Made by a program: the position numbers and the translations under genes. DNA of 64,000 nucleotides from assembly GCA_002493635.1 (NCBI GenBank), contig DKZL01000050.1:3516-67515 (forward strand). Reading direction: 5' to 3'. Numbering within the stretch: the stretch's first letter is position 1; every line of letters starts with the position of its first letter. The notes beneath the pieces were generated by a model. The model saw nothing but the letters and a program-made list of their open reading frames with translations. It ran no database searches and was not told the DNA's origin. The stretch is from Ruminococcaceae bacterium UBA7075. GTDB taxonomy: Bacteria; Bacillota; Clostridia; Oscillospirales; Acutalibacteraceae. Below, piece by piece: positions 8,802-18,145 of the stretch.

Positions 8802-10598
8802 TTAACCAATTAAGTGCCATTTTTCAAGTACTTTTGCAATTTTTTCACCTTTAGGCAAAAATTTAATCTCCGTAGCAGTAAAAGCACGCAATATCAACAA
8901 AGAAATGATATAAACCACCACTGCAGCAACAATAGCAAGCACTGTTGAAACACACTGAGGTACAATACCGCTCATAAAATAATTAACAGTATAGGCTGCT
9001 GCTGAACTCAGAACTGCACCCATAAGCGGTTTGATTGTAGTTGTATAAAAATTAATTTTAATATTTGAATATCTTATAAGCAGGAAGGTTCCTATTATCA
9101 GAATAACAGCATATGCTACAAGCGAACCTGCCGTTGCACCCTGAATATTAACCTCGGGAATACTTACAAACATCCAGGTAATAGCAATCTTAATCAGCAT
9201 GCATACCGTATAAAGCTTCATCGGCACATTAACTTTACCAACACCCTGAAGCATACTGCAAATAGGAGTTACTGCCGCAGTAAATATCGTTGTAATGCCC
9301 ATTATCATTAAAACATTACCGCCTATGTCAACTATTGCCTCATCAGCATATATCAACTGCATAATAGGACGTGCAAGCACGCTCAAACCGAGTGACATAG
9401 GAAGCGTGAACAGCATTGTCATTCTTACGACAGTTTCAATAGATTTTTTTAATTCAGATTTATTACCCTTTGTCCACGCACTTGTAACATTCGGCATTGC
9501 GCTTGAACCAAATACCTGTGTTACAGCAGTTACAAGCTGCATAAGAGTAAGTGCCGAAGAATAGCAACCCCACAAACGTGTATGTAGAGTAATTTCGTCA
9601 CCATAGAACACGTCCTTAGGGAAATAAGCACTGTACTGAGCCTCAAGAGCCGTTGGATTTGACTCAACCAAGCCGAGCAGAACACGCTGAATTATAAATT
9701 GGTCAACAAGCGAACCAAGGCTCATAATAAGAGCACCCATAGCTATCGGTAATGCTGTTTTGCAAATTAAAACAAGAGTTTCCTTTGCTGTTCGGGCATC
9801 AATTGAGCTTTCGTAATATTCCTTTGGAATACCGTCGCCTTTTATTTTAAAAAGCAGATAATAATAAATGAACGAACACAAACTGCCAAGAGAAATACCG
9901 CAGATAGCACCTGCAACCGAAAAAGCAAGAATCGTGTTTTGTGCTTCAATTTCATTATCAAAGGTAAAACCTAAGAATGTTCCGGTGCTTTCATATGAAT
10001 CAATACCGAAACGCATTACAAAATATGCAAGTAAAGCACCTATAACAAGCTTTACTGCGGCTTCTATAATCTCAGATACGGCTGTTGGCACCATATTGCG
10101 CTGTCCCTCAAAGTAACCGCGATAAATTGAAACCAAACAGCCAAACAGAATTGTCGGAGCAAGGCACATCATTGCATATATTGAATAAGGAGACTTTATA
10201 CCTTTTACATAGAAAAAGCTGCCTATAACCATTATGAGCAGAGAAACTATGCCGACAATAACAAAAAACGGCTTTGAAACCCTGTGAATCTGCTTTACAT
10301 CTTTATAGCGTTTTTGTGCGATACTTTCCGACACAAGACGGGAAATTGCAATAGGCAATCCGCCTGTGGCAACTGTGAAAATTACAACAAAAATCTCATA
10401 GGCATTGCTGTAAAGTCCCGTGCCCATTGTTGCATATCCCTGACCAAAGGTAGAATAGATATTTGTGAGAAGTACCTTGTCAATAAGTCCGAACACCTTG
10501 ACAATAATCATACTCACTGTAAGAACTGCAGCACCCTTCAGAAAGGTTTGTGACACGTCTTTTTCGGAGTTGGCTACTGCATTATATTTTTTTGCCAA
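8802..10598 (-). CDS. yabM: YabM/SpoVB-family polysaccharide or lipid II flippase (MOP superfamily)
   Basis: TGGLPIAISRLVSE, RGYFEG..NM.PTA.S, ~14 TM helices; yabM-mazG synteny; TTG start behind AGGTGA. Confidence 0.8.
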   Translation of the reverse strand: MAKKYNAVANSEKDVSQTFLKGAAVLTVSMIIVKVFGLIDKVLLTNIYSTFGQGYATMGTGLYSNAYEIFVVIFTVATGGLPIAISRLVSESIAQKRYKDVKQIHRVSKPFFVIVGIVSLLIMVIGSFFYVKGIKSPYSIYAMMCLAPTILFGCLVSIYRGYFEGQRNMVPTAVSEIIEAAVKLVIGALLAYFVMRFGIDSYESTGTFLGFTFDNEIEAQNTILAFSVAGAICGISLGSLCSFIYYYLLFKIKGDGIPKEYYESSIDARTAKETLVLICKTALPIAMGALIMSLGSLVDQFIIQRVLLGLVESNPTALEAQYSAYFPKDVFYGDEITLHTRLWGCYSSALTLMQLVTAVTQVFGSSAMPNVTSAWTKGNKSELKKSIETVVRMTMLFTLPMSLGLSVLARPIMQLIYADEAIVDIGGNVLMIMGITTIFTAAVTPICSMLQGVGKVNVPMKLYTVCMLIKIAITWMFVSIPEVNIQGATAGSLVAYAVILIIGTFLLIRYSNIKINFYTTTIKPLMGAVLSSAAAYTVNYFMSGIVPQCVSTVLAIVAAVVVYIISLLILRAFTATEIKFLPKGEKIAKVLEKWHLIG

Positions 10599-10633
10599 AA
10601 TCAATCACCTATATTTTTAAGCGTAATTGCTTA

Positions 10634-11104
10634 TTATTCTACAACAGAATTATCTTCTTCTGTAACATTCTCAGTAACTTCCTGTGCAGGACTTTCTGTT
10701 GTCTCATTTTCATCTTCATCTGCAAGTACTTCATCCTCAAGTTTTGCACCGCAAATGTTGCAGAAAAGCGAATTTTTGGGCACGTTTGCCTCACACTGAG
10801 GACATTTTTTCAGATTTTTAGCAGAAGCTAAATTCTGATTAATTGTATCAAGATTTTCCTTGAGCTCGGTAATCTCGTTAACAATTCTTGTAATATCAGC
10901 AGTACAGTCAGCAGAAGATGTCTGGGACTTATATGTCAAAGCTCCAAGTTCCTTGAGTTTCTTGTTAATTTCTCCTCGAAGCTCTGCGGCAGCAAGCTTC
11001 TGCTTTGAAGAATCATAAACAAAGGTAGCTTTTTTTGAAACAACTGAGGCAGCAGCCTTTGCGTTTACAACAACATCATCAAGGATTCCGTCAAATTTTC
11101 CCAT
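10634..11104 (-). CDS. Coiled-coil plus zinc-ribbon protein
   Basis: CPQC...FCNICG; acidic tail; AAAGG RBS. Confidence 0.75.
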   Translation of the reverse strand: MGKFDGILDDVVVNAKAAASVVSKKATFVYDSSKQKLAAAELRGEINKKLKELGALTYKSQTSSADCTADITRIVNEITELKENLDTINQNLASAKNLKKCPQCEANVPKNSLFCNICGAKLEDEVLADEDENETTESPAQEVTENVTEEDNSVVE

Positions 11105-11169
11105 AATAATACGACCTTTCTAAATTATCATCACAAAACCGGATTTGACTGTGAATATTTGTAAAATAG

Positions 11170-11198
11170 ATTATATCACTGTTTATATTAATAATCAA
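11170..11198 (-). promoter_or_regulatory. Sigma-A promoter for the zinc-ribbon/yabM unit
   Basis: TTGATT-17nt-TATAAT with extended TGn -10. Confidence 0.65.
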
Positions 11199-11203
11199 CA
11201 GTA

Positions 11204-12649
11204 TTATTTACAATAAAATTTTGAAATTGCCTCCTTCTTTTTAATTAATTCCTCAAAACGATTTATATATTCATATGGATATTTAAAATTAAAAATACGT
11301 TCAAGATAGTCGGTCTCTGCCCCTGCTCTTCTCAGTTTTGTAACTCCTCCCGAGCCGCAGGCAAGAATCGTATGCGTTTCATCCATAACATAGACATTAT
11401 AAAGACTTTCAAAGCCCTTTTTAGACCAGCCTACATTCTCAAGATTACCCACCATTCTGCTTTGGCGGTACAGATAATACGGAATATAGCTGTCATTTGT
11501 AAGCTTTTCTTTAGTGTGCTCAAGCATTTTCCTTGCAATTTCGGCATCCCTGCAATTTAAAGCCGCACCGTTTGTAGTAAGTGTTGACGCACGCTTCATA
11601 CAAAGTGTGTGTACAGTAATACATTCAGCATTCAAATCACTCATTGCATCAAGTGATTTTACAAAGCTTTCAAGCGTATCTGTCGGCAAGCCTGCGATGA
11701 GGTCAGTATTTATATTTGTAAAGCCGCACTTTCTTGCAAGCTCAAATGCATCAAAAAACTGCTGCGCCGTATGCTTTCTTCCAATTTCTTTTAAAACATC
11801 ATCATTTATAGTCTGCGGATTAATGCTGATTCTATCCACTTTATTTTCTTTTAACGAATATAGCTTTTCGCTGTCAATAGTATCGGGTCTGCCCGCTTCA
11901 ACCGTAAACTCACGGCAGGTTGACATATCAAAGCTTGAATTAACAGTGCCAATAACTCTGTTAAGCTGTTCAGCATTAAGTGTGGTCGGAGTTCCGCCGC
12001 CGAAATATACTGTTTCAAGTCTTAATCCAAGGGAGTTCGCAATTTCGGCAGTCGTCTTTATTTCCTCACACAAAAGCTCAACATAGGGAGCAATCATCGC
12101 ATTCGCACGTTCTACGGATGACATTACAAATGAACAATAACTGCATCTTGACGGACAGAAAGGCACCCCTACATAAAGGCTGAATGATTCGGGTCGGGAC
12201 AGGTCAAGAATTTTCTTTTCATTAACCTCTGTCTGTTCTGCAAGCCTAAGCTTTTCTTCGCTCACAAAATAATCTTTCAGCAATTTATCTTTTGCTGCCT
12301 GTTCTCCGTATTTTTGCGACAGCTTTCTCAAAAGCTTTACGGGGCGCACACCGGTAAGCATTCCCCACGGCTGCTTAATTGCTGCAAAATCGCACAAAAT
12401 TTTATACAGCATCTGACAGGTTACAAGCTCATTCTGCTCCTTATCACTTGAAACATCGGCAGATTTGCAAACGCTGAAATCTCCGATTTTAACTTTAACT
12501 GTCAGCTTGTCGGAAAGCTCGGAATAAATGTACGGCTCCTCTGCCTTGTCAAACTCTCTGAAAACGCTGATTTTTTCATTCGGGAAAAAGAGCTGAGTAA
12601 CATTTTCAAGTTCAAACCAGAAAGTATGATTTTTTACATATAAATTCAT
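11204..12649 (-). CDS. hemZ: Radical SAM protein HemZ
   Basis: PWGMLTGVRP, CPSRCSYC, YFGGGTPT, EAGRPDTI, PYYLYRQ. Confidence 0.93.
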   Translation of the reverse strand: MNLYVKNHTFWFELENVTQLFFPNEKISVFREFDKAEEPYIYSELSDKLTVKVKIGDFSVCKSADVSSDKEQNELVTCQMLYKILCDFAAIKQPWGMLTGVRPVKLLRKLSQKYGEQAAKDKLLKDYFVSEEKLRLAEQTEVNEKKILDLSRPESFSLYVGVPFCPSRCSYCSFVMSSVERANAMIAPYVELLCEEIKTTAEIANSLGLRLETVYFGGGTPTTLNAEQLNRVIGTVNSSFDMSTCREFTVEAGRPDTIDSEKLYSLKENKVDRISINPQTINDDVLKEIGRKHTAQQFFDAFELARKCGFTNINTDLIAGLPTDTLESFVKSLDAMSDLNAECITVHTLCMKRASTLTTNGAALNCRDAEIARKMLEHTKEKLTNDSYIPYYLYRQSRMVGNLENVGWSKKGFESLYNVYVMDETHTILACGSGGVTKLRRAGAETDYLERIFNFKYPYEYINRFEELIKKKEAISKFYCK

Positions 12650-12650
12650 A

Positions 12651-13277
12651 TTATACTCTTCTCATAATATAATTGTAGTTTCTTTCGTATTCAAGACTTG
12701 TCAGCTGACCGTGTCCGGGAATACAAGTATAATCTCCGTTAATGTCCTTGAGCTTTTTGAGCGACTGAATCATTTTCTCATCATTACCTGTGGGTAAATC
12801 GGTTCTTCCATAACTTTGACGAAACAGCGTGTCACCGCAGATTATTGTTTCATCAAAAATATAGCATCCGCAGCCTGATGTATGCCCCGGAGTTGTAATA
12901 TACTTAATTTCGGTTTCACCAAGATTAAAAAAGTCGCCGTCGTCAAGCTGAATATCAGATTCAAAAGGTTCAAGCTTCAATCCGTGCTTTGCACTCAGGT
13001 TCAACTCAGGTCTGCTCAAAAATTCATTGGTTGCCTTACCGCATACAATTTTGGCATCAAACATTTTTGCAAGCTGTTTCGCATAACCGATATGGTCATA
13101 ATGACCGTGAGTAAGCATAACATATGCAAGCTTTCCGCCGTTTGATTCTATATCGGCAATCAAAGCTTCCGATTTATCTCCAGGATCGCTCACTGCCATA
13201 GTTCCTGTTTTTTCATCAGTAAGCAGACAACAATTTGTTGCAAGCGCAGTAACATTATAAATCTTTATTTTTATCAT
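12651..13277 (-). CDS. MBL-fold metallo-hydrolase (glyoxalase II-like)
   Basis: THGHYDHIG, TPGHT, GDTLF, GRTDLP, PGHG. Confidence 0.92.
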   Translation of the reverse strand: MIKIKIYNVTALATNCCLLTDEKTGTMAVSDPGDKSEALIADIESNGGKLAYVMLTHGHYDHIGYAKQLAKMFDAKIVCGKATNEFLSRPELNLSAKHGLKLEPFESDIQLDDGDFFNLGETEIKYITTPGHTSGCGCYIFDETIICGDTLFRQSYGRTDLPTGNDEKMIQSLKKLKDINGDYTCIPGHGQLTSLEYERNYNYIMRRV

Positions 13278-13729
13278 TTTTTCAAATCCTTTGAATTAAT
13301 GTCAATAGTAACAGGTCCGTCATTAAGAAGTCTGACCTTCATATCAGCACCGAAAATGCCTTTTTCAACTTTTTTGACACCGTTTTTTTGCAATTCATCA
13401 CAAAAGTATTCATATAAAGGTTCTGCTACATCCGGACGTGCCGCCTGCATAAAATTAGGACGTCTGCCGTGAGAACAGTCAGCGCACAAGGTAAAATTTG
13501 AAATTACAAGTGCTGAACCATCCACATCAGAAAGGGACAAATTCATTTTGTCATTATCATCAGTAAAAATCCGCAGTCCTGCAATTTTTGCCGCAAGCAC
13601 CTGTGCATCTCTTTGCTCATCACCATTTTCTACTCCAAGCAGAATTAAAAATCCCTTATCAATTTTTCCGACGGTTTTATCGTCAACATCTACCTGTGCA
13701 TATAATACACGCTGTAAAATTGCCTTCAT
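13274..13729 (-). CDS. dtd: D-aminoacyl-tRNA deacylase
   Basis: MKAILQRV, SNFTL, FGADM, NDGPVT; start moved to ATG 13729. Confidence 0.95.
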   Translation of the reverse strand: MKAILQRVLYAQVDVDDKTVGKIDKGFLILLGVENGDEQRDAQVLAAKIAGLRIFTDDNDKMNLSLSDVDGSALVISNFTLCADCSHGRRPNFMQAARPDVAEPLYEYFCDELQKNGVKKVEKGIFGADMKVRLLNDGPVTIDINSKDLKK

Positions 13730-13733
13730 TATT

Positions 13734-13893
13734 AATTGCCATAGCCTTTCTGCCCACAAATAGTAATTAAAAATTCCTACAACCTTACTATGGGCGGATA
13801 AGGCGTAAATGGCAATTTTAGCCATCGCTCGTTGCCGCTTGCGGCAAACTGATCGGGCAATATAATTTATATAGTGTGAATTTTCACACTATA
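13734..13893. other. Structured relA-dtd intergenic region (three stem-loops)
   Basis: AATTGCCAT..GCCTT..TCTGCCCA..TAGTAA pairs with TTACTA..TGGGCGGA..AAGGC..ATGGCAATT (13734-13817); TTGCCGC-TT-GCGGCAA (13832-13847); TATAGTGTGAA-TT-TTCACACTATA (13870-13893). Confidence 0.65.
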
Positions 13894-16084
13894 ACCTCTT
13901 AATTTCTTCAATTCCGTTTATATCCGACAACTTTGAAATTACCCCTCTCAGGTGATTTTTGCCTGTAACATCAATAGTAACCGTTACAACTGCTCTGCCG
14001 TCGCCGGTTTCACGGGAATTTAATGTATGAATAAAAATGTGCATTCCGGAAAGCTTGATTGTAACATCCGCCAAAAGTCCTGTTCTGTCGTTTGCAGTAA
14101 TTTGCAGTGTACTTCTGAACGCTTCTCCGGACTCATCCTCCCAATAGCAGGACAGCCACCGTTCAGGCTCCTCACTGGCAGAAATATCCTTTGGAACATT
14201 TGTACAGCTGCGTTTATGAATCGAAACACCGTAACCCCTTGTAATATAGCCGATAATATCATCACCGGGAAGCGGATTACAACAATTTGAAAATTTGACA
14301 AGCATATCATCCGCACCATCAATTACAACTCCCGAGGTTGCCTTGTGACGCTTTACAGGAGCCTGCGGAACGGTAATTTCCTCGATATTGTGAGCATACT
14401 TCTTTTGATACTCTTCCTTAAGCCTTGGCATTACCTTCCAGAGCTGAACACCGCCATATCCTATGGCTGCATAGTAGTCATCCATTGTATTATACTGCTT
14501 TTTGAGAAGCATTTTATGGAAAAACTCCGTAAACTCTTCCTCAGTAAGCTGTATTCCGTTACGCTTAAGCTCTTTTTCAAACATCTGCTTTCCTTCGGCA
14601 ATGTTCTCATCACGCTTTTCACGCTTATACCAAGAGCGTATTTTTGACTTTGCCGATGCAGTTTTACATATATCAATCCACTGCTTATTAGGATGTTCTT
14701 CCTTTTGAGTTATAATCTCGCATATATCACCCGTCTTAAGCTTATAGTCAATCGACACAATTTTGCCGTTAACCTTTGCGCCAACCATTCTGTGTCCCAC
14801 CTGAGTGTGGATAAGGTAAGCCATATCTATAGGAGTAGAACCCAGTGGAAGATTGAATACATCCCCTTTTGGAGTAAATACATAAACATCATTTTCAGCA
14901 AAATCGTTTCTTATATTACGGGCAAGCTCTGTAACGTCTTCCGTCTGGAGCTGATCAAGAATCATATCCTTGACCTTCTGAATATTCTCACTTAGTTTTG
15001 AATCTCCGCCGCCTTCTGCGCCCATTCCGAGTTTATACTTCCAATGTGCCGCAATACCGTATTCGGCAGTATAATGCATTTCCCATGTTCTTATCTGGAT
15101 TTCAAACGGAATTGCATTTTTATCAAATACAGTGGTATGAAGCGACTGATACATATTAGGCTTGGGCATTGAAATGTAATCCTTGAACCTGTTTGGAATA
15201 GGCTTAAATATATCGTGAACAATGCCCAGAACATTATAACAGTCGGCAACAGTATCAACTATTACCCTGACCGCAAAAATATCGTAAATTTGCTCGGGGG
15301 TTCTTCCCTGCATAAAGGTTTTTCTGTAAATACTGTTTATGCTCTTTACACGGCCGCTGATATAAACATTTCCTATGGCATCATCTGTCTTTTCAAGAAT
15401 CTGCGCCTTTATTGAATCTATAAATTTATCTCTGCCCTCTTCGGATAAAAGCAATGCGTCTTCAATTTCTTTATAACCGATTGGATCAAGATACTGGAGT
15501 GATCGGTCCTCAAGCTCATCCTTTATTGTCTTGATACCGAGGCGGTGAGCAATAGGTGCAAACACCTGCATATTTTCGTGCGACTTATCTCTTCGTTTTT
15601 GTTCAGGCATACAATCCATCGTACGCATATTATGAAGTCTGTCAGAAAGCTTGATGATGATAACACGAATGTCCTCAGCCATAGCAATCAGCATTTTTCT
15701 GATATTCTCAGCCTGCTGCTGTTCTCGTGACGAAAATGGAATTTTTGATATTTTTGTTACGCCGTCAATAAGCTTTGCAACATCCGAACCAAACATTTTA
15801 GAAACTTCTTCAAGCGTTACCGGTGTGTCCTCAACCACATCATGCAAAAGTGCTCCACAGATGCAGTCAGTGTCCATACCGAGTTCTGCAATAATACACG
15901 CAACAGAGGTAGGATGAAGAATATACGGAATACCCGACACTCTTCGCTGGTCACCGTGCTGTTTCTCGGCAAACTCATACGCACGAGTGATTTTATCCAT
16001 ATCATATGGATTATTTGACTGAGCCAGAATTTTTTTCAGTTCACTAAAATCCTGATAATGCGCTACATTAGAATATTTGCTCAT
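13889..16084 (-). CDS. relA: Bifunctional (p)ppGpp synthetase/hydrolase Rel
   Basis: LLHDVVEDT hydrolase, RFKDYI...YQSLHT synthetase, TGS and ACT domains. Confidence 0.97.
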   Translation of the reverse strand: MSKYSNVAHYQDFSELKKILAQSNNPYDMDKITRAYEFAEKQHGDQRRVSGIPYILHPTSVACIIAELGMDTDCICGALLHDVVEDTPVTLEEVSKMFGSDVAKLIDGVTKISKIPFSSREQQQAENIRKMLIAMAEDIRVIIIKLSDRLHNMRTMDCMPEQKRRDKSHENMQVFAPIAHRLGIKTIKDELEDRSLQYLDPIGYKEIEDALLLSEEGRDKFIDSIKAQILEKTDDAIGNVYISGRVKSINSIYRKTFMQGRTPEQIYDIFAVRVIVDTVADCYNVLGIVHDIFKPIPNRFKDYISMPKPNMYQSLHTTVFDKNAIPFEIQIRTWEMHYTAEYGIAAHWKYKLGMGAEGGGDSKLSENIQKVKDMILDQLQTEDVTELARNIRNDFAENDVYVFTPKGDVFNLPLGSTPIDMAYLIHTQVGHRMVGAKVNGKIVSIDYKLKTGDICEIITQKEEHPNKQWIDICKTASAKSKIRSWYKREKRDENIAEGKQMFEKELKRNGIQLTEEEFTEFFHKMLLKKQYNTMDDYYAAIGYGGVQLWKVMPRLKEEYQKKYAHNIEEITVPQAPVKRHKATSGVVIDGADDMLVKFSNCCNPLPGDDIIGYITRGYGVSIHKRSCTNVPKDISASEEPERWLSCYWEDESGEAFRSTLQITANDRTGLLADVTIKLSGMHIFIHTLNSRETGDGRAVVTVTIDVTGKNHLRGVISKLSDINGIEEIKRL

Positions 16085-18126
16085 CTTGCCACCTCCAAAA
16101 GTGCTTTAATAATCCTTGCAGAACCAATGTCAACCTTAGTTTTCACATTCAGCAAATTAATATTGCATTTATTCATTCCTTCAATAATTTCTATCAAATG
16201 AAGTTCATTCATTGCCTCAATAATTACTCTGATTTTTCCATAATCAAGCTTGTTGGAAAGTCTGTGCATAAGAGTTTCAATCGGAAAGCCATAGCCGTTG
16301 TTCTGTCGTAAAAATCTGTATAACAGAGCAAAATCATTGCGGTCAGGCAAAATAGACCTTGCCTGTTCTTTAGAGATTTTGTTTCCGATGCAAAAGTCCT
16401 CAAACAAACGCAGGCTTTCAAGCTGACGCAAATTGTCATCATCACTTGCCTTAATATCTTTAATAATAACCGATACACTTTGACTGCCGTTATATTCATT
16501 AACCGATAAGGTAACAGCCAGATCAAGTACATCGCCGATCATATAGGGAAACTCTTCGCAGGAAGTGTAAAACTTCATAGCGGTAATACCTGTACCGTTT
16601 CTGTTAAAAGTTAACTTAAGGTGTCTGTTATTCGACAAAGGAATTATATTCTTAAGTGTCATATTGTACAAACCGATTACGGGAGTAGGATTGCCTGCTC
16701 CGAAAGGCTGTAGATATGACATTTCAGACACAATATCCGTTGTTATGTATGCAGGATTAAGCTTGCAGTCAATTTTTATGCTGTCAAAAGGCATTTTGCC
16801 GTAATTGCAGGCATATTCATTAATTCTTTTACGGAACAATTCAATGTTACGGCTCTCAAGCGAAAGTCCGACAGCCATGGGATGTCCGCCGTAATGAGTA
16901 AGCAAGTTTGAACAGGCAAAAACCGCATCACAAAGCGGAAAGCCCTCTACACTTCTTCCGGACGCTTTTGCTTCATCACCAATTCTCGAAACAATAATTG
17001 TCGGTTTGCCGTAAATTTCCTTTACTTTGGAGGCAACAATTCCTATAACGCCCTGTTTCCAGTTTTCTCCGTCAATTACAATAATGCGGTCAAGTACAAG
17101 CGACGGATTTTTCTTAATTTTGGAGTCGATCTCATGAAGAATTTCTTTTTCAATATGCTGTCGATCAGTATTGTCGGACGAAAGCTTCGATGCAATCTCA
17201 TTTGCTTCATCAAAGTCCTCAGTCATAAACAGTGATACGCATTTGCCGGAAAGTCCAAGTCTTCCTACTGCATTTATACGGGGAACAAGCGTAAAAGATA
17301 CATTACCGGCTGAAATATTCTTGCCTGCAAGTCCGGAATCTTCAACCAAAGCACTTATTCCGATTCGGTCGGAATTCATAATGCTTTGAAGACCTCTTTT
17401 TACAAATACTCTGTTTTCACCTGTAAGCTCAACTATATCTCCTATTGTTCCTATCGCAAGCAGATCGGCATAATTATCAAGCAATGCGTCTGTATCGCAA
17501 TATTCGCCCTCAAGCGCCATTACAACCTTGAAAGCAACACCAACTCCCGATAGTTGCTTAAACCTGCTGTTGCAGTCACTTCTGTGCAAATCAACAACGG
17601 CACAGGCATCGGGAAGCTCGCCTACAGGCATATGATGATCGGTAATCACTGTATCAATTCCCAAGGATTTTGCATATGCAACCTCATTAATTGCAGCAAT
17701 GCCGTTGTCTACGGTTATAATCAGCTTTATTCCCTTTTCATTCAAAAAATCAACTGCATTCCTGTTCATACCGTATCCCTCATCCTCACGGGACGGAATA
17801 TAGTACATTGCATTTGCACCGACAGCTTCAAGATATGAATACATCAATGTTGTTGAAGTAACGCCGTCGGCATCGTAATCGCCGTAAACACAGATTGGCT
17901 CACATTCCTCAATGGCACGTCTGATGCGTTCAACTGCCTTATCCATATCCTTTATTTCAAAGGGAGATGCAAGCTCGCATTCATTGCCTAAAAAGTCCTC
18001 AATCGCATCTCTCGTGTTAATTCCCCTGATGCTGAGCAGCATTGCAATAATTGAAGGCAGGTCATATTTAGTTTGAATTTCATTAGCCTCCTGCTTATTC
18101 AGCGGAGCAACTGTCCACAGCTTCAA
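16081..18126 (-). CDS. recJ: ssDNA exonuclease RecJ
   Basis: GDYDADG, TVDNGI, TDHH, PRINA.GR, GGHPMAVG. Confidence 0.96.
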   Translation of the reverse strand: MKLWTVAPLNKQEANEIQTKYDLPSIIAMLLSIRGINTRDAIEDFLGNECELASPFEIKDMDKAVERIRRAIEECEPICVYGDYDADGVTSTTLMYSYLEAVGANAMYYIPSREDEGYGMNRNAVDFLNEKGIKLIITVDNGIAAINEVAYAKSLGIDTVITDHHMPVGELPDACAVVDLHRSDCNSRFKQLSGVGVAFKVVMALEGEYCDTDALLDNYADLLAIGTIGDIVELTGENRVFVKRGLQSIMNSDRIGISALVEDSGLAGKNISAGNVSFTLVPRINAVGRLGLSGKCVSLFMTEDFDEANEIASKLSSDNTDRQHIEKEILHEIDSKIKKNPSLVLDRIIVIDGENWKQGVIGIVASKVKEIYGKPTIIVSRIGDEAKASGRSVEGFPLCDAVFACSNLLTHYGGHPMAVGLSLESRNIELFRKRINEYACNYGKMPFDSIKIDCKLNPAYITTDIVSEMSYLQPFGAGNPTPVIGLYNMTLKNIIPLSNNRHLKLTFNRNGTGITAMKFYTSCEEFPYMIGDVLDLAVTLSVNEYNGSQSVSVIIKDIKASDDDNLRQLESLRLFEDFCIGNKISKEQARSILPDRNDFALLYRFLRQNNGYGFPIETLMHRLSNKLDYGKIRVIIEAMNELHLIEIIEGMNKCNINLLNVKTKVDIGSARIIKALLEVAR

Positions 18127-18145
18127 AATATGTGTCTCCTCTTAA

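Noticed and set aside
13730-13825. 32 aa N-terminal extension of Dtd in the ORF track
   Set aside because: The Dtd family starts at MKA.LQRV; the extension coincides with the structured spacer
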